A stretch of 64,000 nucleotides of DNA from Negaprion brevirostris (GCA_030324005.1 JARDVH010000106.1:28434698-28498697); one strand, 5' to 3'. Counted from the first letter of the stretch, positions 1 to 12,537 are shown. The notes: generated by a model from the letters alone, not told the origin. Numbers and translations are program-made.

Positions 1-310
1 AAGAAATTTCTCTTCACCTCAGTCGTAAAAGGTTTATCCCTCGTTCACAAACTCTGATCCCTAGTACTAGACTCCCATATCATTGAGAACATTCTTTCTG
101 AATCTATCCTTCCTAACCCTGTTAGAATTTTCTAAGTTTCTATGAAATTCCCTTTCAATCTTCTAAACTCCAATGGATATAATCCTAAATGACTTTGTCT
201 CTTCTCATATGACAGACCTGCCATCTCAGGAATCAGCCTGGTAAACTTTTGCTGCACTTCCTCTATAGCAAGAGCATCCTTCCTCAGATAAGGACACCAA
301 ACTGCACAGA
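1..310 (-). mobile_element. CR1 LINE fragment (ORF2 C-terminal region)
   Basis: ORF 132..344(-) reads WCPYLRKDALAIEEVQQKFTRLIPEMAGLSYEKRQSHLGLYPLEFRRLKGNFIET, matching the CR1 ORF2 pattern WxPxxxKDxxxLExVQRRFTRxIPxMxGLSYEERLxxLGLxSLExRRLRGDLIE. Confidence 0.9.
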
Positions 311-876
311 ATACTTTGATTTGATTTATTATTTTCACATGCATCAGTGTACAGCATTATGTGTGCGCTACACAGGCAAATATTGTGCAATCAGCTCATC
401 AGCAAACATCCCCACTTCTGACCTCATGACGTTTCACTGATGAAGCAGCTGAACATGGTTGGGCTTAGGACACTACAAATAGATTACAGATAGCCAGTAG
501 AGTATATTAAAAACCCAGGACCTTGGAGGATTTATCTGCACTTGTGCCTCACTACTTGCAAATGAATCTGCTCGCCTAGGTGTATGAATCATAGTTGTAT
601 TATCACAGAAAATTTCAATGGAAATGTCAAACATGTGTTGGCTGAGGCAATTCAAACAATGACAAATGCAGTGCAGGAAATCCTCATGACTGCAAGAGAT
701 GAACAGATAACCACAACTGAAAATGAAGAATCTTCCTTCAAAGTTGGATACATTACACAAATGTTACTAAAATATTCCAAAGAGCTATTGTACATGGGCA
801 CACTGGATATCAAAATTCTCATTCAGTGGAGGACAAGAACTGACCAAAGGTTTACACAACGGTACGGTATTGTTCA

Positions 877-895
877 TGGCCACTAGAGGGAGCTC
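877..895 (+). promoter_or_regulatory. Candidate CTCF site
   Basis: TGGCCACTAGAGGGAGCTC is close to the CTCF core TGGCCACYAGRKGGCGCT. Motif match only. Confidence 0.45.
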
Positions 896-1232
896 AATTT
901 ATACCTTGTAGCTGAACAATATTGGTGGCAAAAGCCACTGATGCAGCAGACTTCAATATTCCATTACTGCTAAATAATAGACTATGCTGTACCTAAACAC
1001 TGGAGTGCACTAGTTCTGCCCGCAATGTTTCATTTCGTTATCAACTTTCACACCTTAAATTTAACATTACCCACTCAGCACAATCCTGGTGCATTCCATT
1101 TTATGTGCAAGCACATTGGCCTCTGCTCAACGTATAACAATTTACGCCTTGTGTAGCACCTCAAACATAGTAAAGCATTCGAAGGCAATTCACTGTAATA
1201 ACCGTCAAATAAAAATGTGATACAACCACATA

Positions 1233-1843
1233 CTGCTGCCTCTCAGCACCAGGGACCAGGGTTTGATTCCTGGCTTGGGTCAACTGTCTGTATGGAGTTT
1301 GCATGTTCTCCCTGTGTCTGTATGGGTTTCCTCTGGGTGCTCCAGTTTCCTCCCAGGGTCTGAAAGTCGTGCTGGTTAGGTGCACTGACCTGAACAGGCG
1401 TTGGACTGTGGCAACTAGGGGAATTTCACAGTAACTTCATTGCAGTGCTAAAGAATGACAAAGAAGTTGATACAGAAGGGTAGGATAAACTATGAAGCAG
1501 GGCTAGCGCTTAATATAAAAAAGGATAGCGAGAGTTTTTATAAATATATAGAAAGGAAGAGGCTGGCTAGGGTGAANNNNNNNNNNNNNNNNNNNNNNNN
1601 NNNNNNNNNNNNNNNNNNNNNNNNNNNNNNNNNNNNNNNNNNNNNNNNNNNNNNNNNNNNNNNNNNNNNNNNNNNNCAAGGGGATTAAGGGTTATGGGGA
1701 GAGGGCGGGAATGTGGAACTGAGACACGACAGATCAGCCATGATCTTACTGAAGGGCTAGATGGCCTACTCCTGCTCCTATTTCTTATGTTCTTATGTTC
1801 TTATTAATGTAAGCCTTACTTGTGACTAATAAACAAGCTTTAA
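1233..1843 (+). mobile_element. V-SINE with MER6-like tail, split by a CR1 insertion
   Basis: tRNA-like head and V-domain (GGAGTTTGCATGTTCTCCCTGTGTCTGTATGGGTTTCC). The tail CACAGTAACTTCATTGCAGTG breaks at ~1450 and resumes as TAATGTAAGCCTTACTTGTGACTAATAAA at ~1805. Confidence 0.8.
1451..1804 (+). mobile_element. Young 5'-truncated CR1 LINE spanning a gap
   Basis: 5' side encodes TKKLIQKGRINYEAGLALNIKKDSESFYKYIERKR (CR1 EN-RT linker). 3' side is a CR1 3'UTR (GATCAGCCATGATC...GGCCTACTCCTGCTCCT) with a (TTCTTATG)n tail. Confidence 0.85.
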
Positions 1844-2010
1844 ACATAGAAACATAGAACATTACAGCACAGTAGAGGCCCTTCAGCACTCAATGTTGTG
1901 CCGAGCTATGTCCAATCCCAAGATCAAGCCATCCCCTCCCTATAATTCTGGAGTGCTCCACGTGCCTATTCAATAACAGCTTGAAAGTTCCTAAAGTGTC
2001 TGACTTGACT
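1844..2010 (-). mobile_element. CR1 3' end
   Basis: ACATAGAAACATAGAACATTACAGCACAG...GGCCCTTCAGC is the reverse complement of a CR1 terminal repeat plus 3' stem-loop. Confidence 0.7.
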
Positions 2011-2104
2011 TTAACTTTTAACATTAAGGCGATACTAGGAGGTGAAATAGTTCTGAGTATGTTAAAAGGAGAAGAGATTAAGAGTCAGAGTGGTTTTTTT
2101 CAAA

Positions 2105-2770
2105 TAAGCATTTATGTAGTCCTTATAATGAAATATAAACTGCCAGGACATTTCACAGAATTAAGACAAAATTTAACATCAAGAAATATACAGAGATATT
2201 AGGAGACTAAAAGCTTCATCAAAAATAGTTGTTGTTATGAAGCATCTTCTTATAGAAGAGGAAAGCAAGGCACAGAGGATTAGGGAGGAAGTCCTAGAGA
2301 TTGAGGTCCAAGCAGCTCAAGATGCAGTTACCAATGGTGGTGCAAATAAGAATGAAAATGCTCATGAGGCCAGAATTAAAGGAACGCAGATATCGGAGAG
2401 TTTGAGCTTGGAGGAGGTTACAGTAGTAGGGAGGAACAAGGCCGTGGAGGGTTTTGAAAACAAGGATTAGATTATTAAAAATCACTAGGTTGCTTCACCA
2501 GACAGCACAGAGATTCTGGGTGAACAGGAGCTGAGACACCAGCAGCAGAATTTTGGATGGCTTCAGGTTGACTGAGGGTATATTGTGTGGGACTGGTTAG
2601 CTGTCGAGATAACAACAGATTAGCTGAGTGTTTCAGCAAATGAGTTAAGACCCAAGTAGAGTGGTGATGCTGGATTGGGAAACAGGCAATGAAGTGGATA
2701 TGTGGTTGGAAACTCATCTTGTGATTAACTATGACACCAAGGCCATACTTGACTATCCAAAGCAATCCTG
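2105..2770 (-). mobile_element. L2 LINE 3' fragment
   Basis: ORF 2294..2485(-) LILVFKTLHGLVPPYYCNLLQ...LRS and ORF 2475..2783(-) IQNSAAGV match the L2 ORF2 C-terminus. Confidence 0.8.
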
Positions 2771-2799
2771 GACGGTCTCCCATGTTCCACCTTCGATGA

Positions 2800-3250
2800 G
2801 ATCATCTAAGACTTTGCTGCCCATGTCCTGACCAAGTCCCATCAGTCTCTGTTCATTGACCTATGTTGGCTCCAGGTCAAGCAACATCTTAAATTTAAAA
2901 TTTTCATCCTTATTTTGAAATTCCTCCAAGGCCTCACTTCTCATCTCCAATTTCTTTTGGACCCACATGCTTTAGAGTTTCTGCATTCCGATTTTAGCCT
3001 CTTGAACATCTCCAATTTTAAATTACTGCATTACTGGTGGTCATGGCATTAGCTGCCCAAACTCTAACCTCTGAAATTCCATCCTTAAATTTTTCTGCCT
3101 CCTTTCAGGTAATTTCTTAAAACTTACCTCTTATACAAGCTTTTGATCAACTGCCCTACTATACCTCTCAACTAGCTTGCATCAAATTTTGTTTGCAAAC
3201 GTTGTGAAGTGCCTTGGGACGTCTTACTATGTTACAGACTCTACCTTATT
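2800..3250 (+). mobile_element. L2 LINE 3' fragment
   Basis: TTTAAAATTTTCATCCTTATTTTGAAATTCCTCCAAGGCCTC (FKIxILxxKxLxGL) and tail GTGAAGTGCCTTGGGACGTCTTACTATGTTA. Confidence 0.75.
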
Positions 3251-5329
3251 ACAACTTTAGCTTCAAAACTGAGTCTGCAGTTAACATGCCTGAGATGGGA
3301 GAGTGATGGGGAACTATAAATGGGCCTCAATGTTCCAGAAAAGAGACAGGTAAGGAAGGAAACATGGTTTCCTGTTTACAATTGCCAGTGAGTTCCATTG
3401 GCAATGTGCACGTGTGGACAGTGAGATGCTCCTATGTTAGAAAAATACTTGTGGTGTACCCTTAGGGTGAGATAAAAATGAGCAAGAAGCCCACAGCTCG
3501 AAAGCTGATATGCAGAAACAACTGGCAAGAGTTAGAAAAATTGGCATTTGATTAACCAAAAAGGAAAATGCCACTAAATTTGCAAATAGTTTCTTCCCCT
3601 TCCCCCTCAATTACAATCAAGTTCAAGCTTAGCCTCTTGTTGGAAGGCAATATTTATGGGCAGAAAAACATGCTGATCTCTATCAAGGTGATCAGATCAG
3701 ATCAGATGTTTCCTCAGGAGGCAAATATGAAACACACAGCTATTCAATTAAGTTACTCAAAATTTAGCACGGCATTTCGCTATCAGAGATTGTTGATAAT
3801 CTGAGAAATTGCTAACGCATAAACTGCACATTGGTAAAGCAGTTGAATTAAGATACATGCAAAAAATAAAACATAACAGATGCTGGAAATGGTACTGTGC
3901 AAGTTTGACCATGATTAAATCTCGATGTATTCAGTTTATTGCGTCTGCACAGTGTCTGTCAGGTAAATTGACCTTCAGGTTTAACCATAGCTACAAACGG
4001 ATCTCAATGACAGAGCTGAGCTCAAACAAACCACAATCATTTCATTCTTACCAGCATTTGGCAAAAATCACGCTCGGGGCTTTTACAATTGCCTCAACAT
4101 TTTCAAGATCCCAAGCGAACAAAATAAAACTGTAAATTAATCTGATCAATGGAAACAGACGCTGGCCTGCAGGCCAATCCAAATGGTGAACACAAGCTGT
4201 TCTATCTTGGATTACTGAAAGTGATACGAATTTGCAATTTTACCACAGGATATTTGGTTTAATACCACAGAATGTTGAAATTTCAGTTTTCAATTTCATG
4301 GAATTTCAATCACATCATCAATATCTCAGACTCAACAGACTGGAGTCCAATGCATTTACAAACTGAGTAACAGTTAGAAACAGTCAAACACTAAAAAGAG
4401 GAAAAGAAAAACGGAATTTAGATTTCACCAATGTTTGAATCCAAGTACTTGACCAACAACAAAGTCTGAATCGCAATCTCAGTTAGCTTTTATACAGCTG
4501 CCCATTAGCCTGTTGTAGACTGGTTCAATTTGGCTATCAGATCCTTTCTTGACAACTCAAGCACATTTCCTGCTGGGTTAGACAAAAAAAAAGCAGGAAA
4601 GCAAACCTCTGTGGCGAAATCTACAGCTGAACAGTCTGCTTAAACAGCAGTATGTATTAATAGCAATGTGAGATAGAAAAGAAACTTCAAAAAGCGACGC
4701 TGTATGATTTTCCAAAACTAAGTAACAAGTATTTTGAGACAGTATTACAATCAGCTGTGAGCTCTGGCATTGGAATGTTGTTTTTGGATCTGCACAATCA
4801 TCCCTTGGAGACTAGCATGAACTGGTTAAAGGATTCACAGACTTATTAGCTCCAAAGTGAATGTCCTTTTGAGACTGCAACCAGTCGCTCACTCAGTTAG
4901 TCCATCATGATCCCAGGTCTTCATAGTTCCCACAACCTATGCAATGGAGGGGGGTCCACCCACACCATGCAAGTATCCTGCAGGCTGCTAATATCAGAGC
5001 AGGAAGCGCCCATCTCCACTTTGCATGACTAACAGCAGTAGGGTCAAAAGGCCTTCAGCATCCTCTTGGCTGCAGGAACGCCCTCACTTTAAACCAAAGG
5101 CTTACTCCAAGACATAATAAAAAACAAATTAACTTTCACGTAACCCAACAGAAACTACAGATCAATGTAATTATTACTCAATATCATTTTATTGGTACCA
5201 AAATCAACAACATTCCATGTATCATCTCATGTTTTCAGCAAGTTTATCCAGTAAGATTTGAGGGTTAATCCTATGTCTGTGTAGGCTCAGGCCTTTTTCC
5301 TCCTTTGTACATTTCACTCCATCTCCCAA

Positions 5330-6240
5330 ATCTCACTTGTGCATTATGACTCTTCATCCACCTAACCCCCAGCCTCATGCCAACTCCTTACCAAGCAAAT
5401 TTCCTTCATCCCTCCCTCAGCCTCATCCTTGGTGAGTTCACCTCCACCTCAATTCTCTGATTCCACTCCTCAGATTTAGCCTCTCTCCTGTTCATGCTGT
5501 ATTTAACTGTTCCCCACTCATATCCTCAGCCACCTTGCTGATCTCGTCGTCTCCCGTGGCCTCGCTTCCTCATCACTGAAGTAAGCACTGCTTGATCTCC
5601 CTTACCATCTGCGTCCCTTCATTTTCTTTAAATCCAACTACCTTTGTCCTTGGTTCATGAAAAAAACCTTACGCCCCCCCCCCCAGCTCACTCATCAGTA
5701 TTCCTTTGACTTTCAATCTATCCATCACAAAACTATAGCCACAAACCACCTACTGAACCAAAGCTCTGCCTGTCTTGATCTTCCTTCTTCCCAGTGCGTC
5801 ACTCAGCAATCCTACCTCTACTTATCCACATTAGATCCCTATTTGTGTTCCAAGTGCATTCATATTTCTTCCTGTTTCAGCATCCTTATTCATTCCCTCA
5901 AGTCAAAGGGTGCCAACCTCAAGAATCCAATCAATCGGATGTGGTCTGACTATATGAAGCACCACCTGTGCTTCTTCACCTCAGCCAGAATTACAAGGAT
6001 CATCCTTTAAGGCAAGGAAAAATTCCCCAAACTCCCTTCCCCTATCTCCTTGAACCCTTCTTCCCCCACTAACACTGCAACCAAAAGTCAACAGTTCCAT
6101 GATTCCTCAGTGGCCAGAAATCGAGGCCACTTGGTCACCTGCCTCCATTATTTCCTCTTGCCCTAGTCTCCCAGTCAAGAAGCCCTTTTCATTCTTTTCA
6201 TCTAATCCTGCCTTGTCTAAATTCTCCAAATTTCAATTGC
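5330..6240 (+). mobile_element. Decayed L2 LINE (endonuclease/linker region)
   Basis: C/T-rich coding-like sequence containing CTCATCCTTGGTGAGTTCACC (LILGEF, resembling the APE motif LILGDFN). Confidence 0.55.
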
Positions 6241-6559
6241 AACAAAACAAAATAAAAATTCTTCCTCAACCGCTGAGTTTTTAGACAATATGTTCACAAA
6301 TGGATAAACCCACTTATCAGCAAACATTACATCTCAGAACAACATCCAGGTTTCTCCATTCATACCTCTTTTCAAATTTCATTGCCGCTGAAGACAGTTA
6401 AAAAGTGAATCACTGAAGCCAGTAATTGGGTGCAGCAAACATATTTGTTCCTGACATGCTATGTCATGAACGCAAAAACACGTTCCGTCTCGATTGTCTC
6501 TGCAGCAAAATTGTGACCTCAGGAAGCCCCAATGTGTTAAAACTAAATACTGCAAAAAG

Positions 6560-6975
6560 AAAAATTTGCATTTACATAGCACTTCATGATTTCAAGGAAT
6601 CACAAAGCACTTCACATCAATTTAATCGCAGTCACTTTAACATATGGAAATACTGCAGCTAATTCACTTATGGCAATCTCCTATATACAGTAATGAACTC
6701 TACATGACCAGACAATCAGTGAATGCTGGCTCTGGGATAAATATTGGGTAGGCCACCAGAACAAAGAATTCATCTACTCTTTTTGGAGTAGAATTGGACT
6801 TTCCATGTCCAAAGGATTCTGTTTAATAACTCCTGTAAAGGGCTACACCTCTAAAAATGGACAACCGCCTCAGTAATAAACTGAAGTCAGAGCCTGGATT
6901 ATGGGTTCAATTGTCTGAAGTGGGCTTGAACCTATGACCTTCTGCCTTGAAGGTGAGAGAGTAACAACTAACTTA
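6560..6975 (-). mobile_element. DeuSINE (SacSINE1/AmnSINE-related)
   Basis: Reverse L2-type tail (TTTGCATTTACATAGCAC), GGGATAAATATTGG, Deu-like CCTCAGTAATAAACTGAAGTCAGAGCCTGGATTATG and reverse B-box GGGCTTGAACC. Confidence 0.7.
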
Positions 6976-7269
6976 AGGTTGGCACTTCAGGAAATATTAA
7001 CTACTGGCAACTGCATGGATGGCTCAGTGGGCAAATGTACCATCCCCTGGGGACCTAAGCTATGCCTACACGCCAAGAGCTCAGGCTGGGTGCTTAGTAT
7101 ATTCTACGACAAATAGCTTCAGAGTACATGGGACAAAAATCCACTAAGGATAGCCTGCACATAAGCATCAATTCATTTATATCTTGTATCACCAAACCAC
7201 TTGTGATGAAGAGCATGCTACAATATGACCAGCAGTAAACTCAGTTATACATAATTTTTATAAACTCAT

Positions 7270-8615
7270 TCACAGACTGTTGCTTGAAAGGAGCTGAGGA
7301 TAACTCTGTAGCCTCGATTTGAAGGCTGGGCACATCAAATTCAAAAAGGCATACTGTATCTGGTCTGGGGTCAGATTTAGGCCTTGATTCCTAATTGGTG
7401 CATTGTCTAAATCTCTGTCTTCGTTGAGAAAGGCTGGAAATGGCCAGACATGGTTGGACCTCCTGTTGCAGCCTAGGTCTCTCTCAACCAGAGCTTCTGG
7501 ACAATGATACAATGGAAATGCAGAGGCTTCAGTGAAGCTACAGATGTATTCTTGAAGTTGCTTGACAATTCTGCCAGGGCTTTGGGCTTTTCAAGGTGAA
7601 TGGATAGTAATGTTATCCTACATTTATCATTAATCCTGCACTTTTGACTTACTCCCCTTTTGACTTTAATCCTGATTTTGTGATGTTGTCTTTTATCCTG
7701 ACGCAGGTGTATGATATATGAGCACTGAGGTGTATGTCACTCTATTATCCAGTTTTTCTTTAAAAACCAGGATATCTAGTTATTTACATTAGAATTCATC
7801 CACCAGTTTGCTCTGGCAGTGGAACAAGGGATATCTTAGTTGAAGATGTGTTGCCATTTACGTTCAATCTTGATCTGTGTGAGACATCGGGGAGCTGGGT
7901 TGAGTTAAGAAGTTTAGGTTTTCCTGGATGGGGAAGGGAGGTGGGAAGGAGGAGATAGAATATCCTGTTGTTTATGGGGCCTGTGTGAGAACTGAAATAC
8001 TGGGGCTCTGCATTATCTGAGTTTCTCCTATGCAGTTATGTGGCTTTCTTGAAATCCTGCATGCGAGGTGTACACTGTCAAATCATGTCTTATGTCTATG
8101 CTTTTATCCTGCTGTTCCTCTCATTCACTAAAGTTTGCTTTCATCATCTGGGTCAGTAGGGCTGAATATAGGCTGAAATTGGTTTTATTTAATCCCACTG
8201 GGTTTCCCTCATCTTGATGGGAACAGGGAGTGGTATCCTACTGTTCCCCTCTTTCTGCCGTTTCCTTTTTGGAGTGCTATTTTTGGCTCCAATTGGTTAT
8301 GGACGCCATATGGGTACTCTTATGCTACGTAGTTTGACCCTTGTTATCACGTGGGTGAGGGTGTGAACCATATGCCCATGGCTTTATCCCATTACCCTGA
8401 TATCCCCCACTCTATGTAATATCCTTTTATTATTCATACAAAGGGACACATCTACTACAACTGATATTCCAATCCAATTGTAATGATATTGGCCAGTCTG
8501 TGTATGTATATGTGTGTGGAAAAATGATTATGCTGTACTGTATCAATCCTTGAGGGTTTGTTGTGTCATTTGCAAAAATGGGGGAAAATTTTCAATAAGA
8601 ACATTTTCAGAAAAG
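7270..8615 (+). mobile_element. Possible heavily decayed L1/Tx1-type remnant
   Basis: Ends in AAAATTTTCAATAAGAACATTTTCAGAAAAGAA, which resembles an L1-type 3' end. Only a weak ORF1-like echo near 7340-7390. Confidence 0.25.
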
Positions 8616-9489
8616 AACCATTTGACATGGCTAGACCAGTTCAATTTCTAGTCATTGGTGGGTAACCTCCACAATGTTACTAGTGGGAGATTTGATCATG
8701 TTAATGTGACTACATTTTAAAGGGAGGTGGTTTATTTGTTGGAGATGGTCATTGCCTGGCATTTGTACAGTATGAGTGTATGCACAACATCACTTAACAA
8801 TTATCAATGTCACTTAAAAACTGACCTATGTATAATGTTAGGCTTTCACAGTAATAAAAAGCTGCATTAATGAATTTGTCATCCGAATGAAATCTTCCAT
8901 GGAATTTACAACAAAGCACAACAAAGTGTAGGTTGCTGTTGTGCTCCAAAAGTCTCCGACAATTCCACGTCCCTTTTAGCACATACTTCCATTCACGTCT
9001 CTCTCGTATTTATCCAGTTTAAGGCATCCAAGCTAGTTACACTACTTCATTTATAACTGCAGTATTGCCTCCAGCAACAATACTAAAATTAATCAGCATA
9101 TATAGCCCAAAGGGATATGTCACTAATTTCCCCATCATACTCAACAATTCACACATGGTTTGATACCCTAAGTGTCAAAATTACACAAGCAGATTCCCAA
9201 TGTGACTGCCTTGAGCATTATCAGCCTACGGCAAAATCTCTCATCCAGACCACTTTAACAAAATAGTTAAATAAAATAGCATTTCAACACAGATAACTTG
9301 GCTAACAAACCAGATGAAAAGAAATTTTAGTTGATCCAGTTGCCACAGAAGTTCAGTGAGTAGCTGGGCCACACTGATTTGAAAGGCAGAGAGCTACCAG
9401 TCTTAGAAAATCCACAAAATTATACAAGCCTGAACTTCTCGGAGTACTAACAGTCCTAGGCCAAAAAATCTCAACCCGCACATGAGAGA

Positions 9490-9830
9490 TACAAAATATA
9501 GCACCATTCATGTTGAGAGATGTGCCAAGGCATTTCACAGGAGTTTTGTAGTGCAACAACTGACACCAAAAAAACACAAAAGGAGACATTAGGACAGATC
9601 AAAAAAACTTGGCTGAAAAGGTAGGTTTTAAGGTGCATCTTAAAAGGAGATAAAGTTTACAAAAGAACTTTGGAGGCACAACTGCCAATGGTGGAGCAAG
9701 AGCACTATGGGGCTGTTGTAGATTACAAGCAGAGAGGCAAGACCAGAAAGGGATCTGAATACAATGCGAACTTTAAAGTCAAGGCGTTGTTTAAGGAGTC
9801 AATATAGGTCAGCAAGTACAGGGGCAGGGA
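9490..9830 (-). mobile_element. L2 3' end
   Basis: CCAAGGCATTTCACAGGAG...GGAGACATTAGGACAG...GGTAGGTTTTAAGG, the same tail family as 2105-2770. Confidence 0.7.
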
Positions 9831-9849
9831 AAAAGAAAGAGGACAACAT

Positions 9850-11280
9850 GCCAGATCACAGCAACCCCACAATTGTGACCATCCTAAAGGCAAGTGACAA
9901 ATCTTACTACAGTAACTACAGAGGAATTTCTCTGATGGCAACCAAACAGAAGGCCATCACAAGAGTCCAATTTAATCACCTTCTCTCCAAGGCCAAAGAA
10001 CTCCTCCCAGAGATCCAATGCAGATTCTGCTCACTAAGGCACACAACAGACATTATCTTGACCACACCACAACTACAAGAGAAATGCAGCAAAAAGCACC
10101 AGCTGTTATATATGCCATTCTTTGGCCTCACTAAGACATTTGACATTGCCAACCCTGAGGGATTTTGGAACTTCCTGCTATTCCTGCTGCTTCCAAAAAG
10201 TCCTCCATCTGCTCCATGATGACATACAAGCAGTGATCCTTATCAACAATCTATCACAGACCCAGATCCAATTCTCATTGAAACTGGCATCAGCAAGATT
10301 GTTTTAATCGCTTTTTTCAACTTTCCTTGCTGAAGTGCTCCATCTTACCNNNNNNNNNNCTTACCTTCAGCAAGCTCCCTGCTGGAGAAGAACTAAACTA
10401 TAAAACAAACAGGAACCTGTTCAACCTCTGACACCTGTAGGCCAGATCCAAGGTCATCCCATCCTTAGTCACTGAACTGCAGCACGCAAACGGTGCTTGC
10501 TTCAGCACACACTTGGAGGCTGAGCTCCAAGCCATCATCAACACATTCATGGAAGTGTACAACAGCATTGACCTCATACTAAACATCTGTAAGATCCTCT
10601 ACCACCTGCCACGCCACACAGTACTGTTCCCTCTGGTTATTAAAATCCACGATTAGCTTTTGGGACAACTTGAATGATTTTCCACACCTTGGGAACCTGT
10701 CAACAGGGCAGATAACGAGGTTCAACATCTCCTTCAGTGTGGCAGTGCAATCTTAGTCACCTGAGGAAGACAGCTTGAAGACCAAGACCTCAGAACAATG
10801 GTCTACAGACTAGTAATGATACCTAAACTCCTACATGGGTCAAAGATATGGGTTACATACACTAAGTACCACTAGTCCTGCCTCAGCAAAATCTACAAAC
10901 CCATTGGCAGGATAGGCACCTCAACATCAGTATTTCCATTCAGACAAACATTACCAGTATTGAAGCATTAACCATGCTCGATCGGCTCCACTGGGTGGGC
11001 CACATCGTCTGCACGCCTGAGGCAAGGCTGCCAAAACAAACATTCTATTTGGAGCTTTGTTGTGGCAATTAAGCCCCAAGAGGGCAGAGGAAATGCTTCA
11101 AGAACACCCGCAAAGCCTTCTTGAAAAAGTGCAACATTCCCACTGACACCTACGAATCCACGGCCCAAGTCTGCCCAAGATGGAGGAAAAGCATCCGGGA
11201 AGGAGCTGAACATCCTCGAGTTTTATCACCAAGCGCAAGCTGAAGCTAAACATCAACAGCACAAAGAGCATGTGACAACA
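9850..11280 (+). mobile_element. RTE-clade LINE, decayed RT to C-terminus
   Basis: IVTILKASDKSYYSNYRGISL...ELLPEIQCRF...QLQEKC...FFGLTKTFD, and downstream LHWVGHIV...RLPKQTFY...GQRKCFK. These are RTE/BovB-type motifs with frameshifts. Confidence 0.9.
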
Positions 11281-11757
11281 CACGACAAGGCAGGTATCAC
11301 AGACCCTGTATAACTAAGAGAAAATGGACGAACAGGATTTGGTGCAAGCAGGCAAGTACGTAGTCAGAATTTTGGAAGGAAAGTGCAACTTCCTTTCCTC
11401 ACTCATTTAGACTGAAAGCCTAGTTAAAAAGGTTGAGAAAAGCCATTTGGGCCATCTTAGTTCATCAACCTAGAACGGTCTTGCCACTTTTTTGTATAAA
11501 AGAGTCCACACTCTTATGAAAGTTCACCAAAGAACCAACTTCCTTCAAAAGGCCCTGCAGCCTAGTGAGAAATCTCTGCTTACAAAGCTTTCACTTCAAC
11601 TAAAACCATCAATTAATCTAACAAACTACGGGGCTGCTACTATAAACAGGCTGTGAAAATCATAAATTGCAACTGTATTTTTTCCCATCCAAATGTTTAA
11701 TCTTTATGAAAGTGATCATGTGTCTGAGTTGAGTGAGAGATGCTGCATTTTTTAAAC

Positions 11758-12537
11758 TGTTAAGAACCAGGCTAGAAACTCCAATGAATTTTGTGAAGAT
11801 AACCTAGACCCTAAGTCTTTGCATTTGAATTTGGCATGGCTGAGTNNNNNNNNNNAAGTGACCCACTAGGAAGCTTTAATCAAAAAGTTTAGTTAAGGAC
11901 ACAGTTAAAATATAATAAAAAGATTGAGCATAACTTTTACCAATTACAAGAATCAAACATGACACAGTATAAACCTTAACAGCTAGCTATCTATGTTGTT
12001 CCAAGTCAAATACCTTTCCATAAACATGCACCATTTCTAGACTTGGCACAAAAAGCATGTATGCTCCCACATTGCTTGAACTTCAGCTTTTTAACATGTG
12101 CTATGAATTGATCCTTTGGATGTTGGAATAAATCTCTAAGGCTTCCCAGTCGTGGAACTTTCCAAAATCCTCTGGTGAGGGAGAGTTAGTGATACTGCCT
12201 GCTTTCACCAGCTTCTAACAACTAAACTAAAACTAAGACTCCAGGGGTAAAGCACTGTTGTTTTTCTCCACTTCAAACTACCAAAGGTGAAACTAAAAGC
12301 TGGATCTGTAAAACATACCTGTCACCAGTCACATGACAAGCTATCAAGCTCCACTTAGAAATTCCGAGGGATCATTAAAAACCACAGGACCCTGCATTAG
12401 TCCACATTAAAATCAACTTGACATCAATTATACTGTTTCAATAACAGTTACAGGATACCAGTTACAATCATGGAGCCAATACCATCTTCCAAAGGAACAT
12501 GATTAAAATACATTTCTTAAAGGCACAGAATGTCACA
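11758..12537. mobile_element. Candidate solo LTR
   Basis: Starts TGTTA and ends TCACA (TG...CA), about 780 bp, flanked by AAAC/AAAT (possible 4-bp TSD with one mismatch), non-coding. Confidence 0.45.

Noticed and set aside
584-886. 100-aa ORF with helical-looking composition
   Set aside because: No recognisable domain or supporting exon structure, and it is antisense to the inferred host intron.
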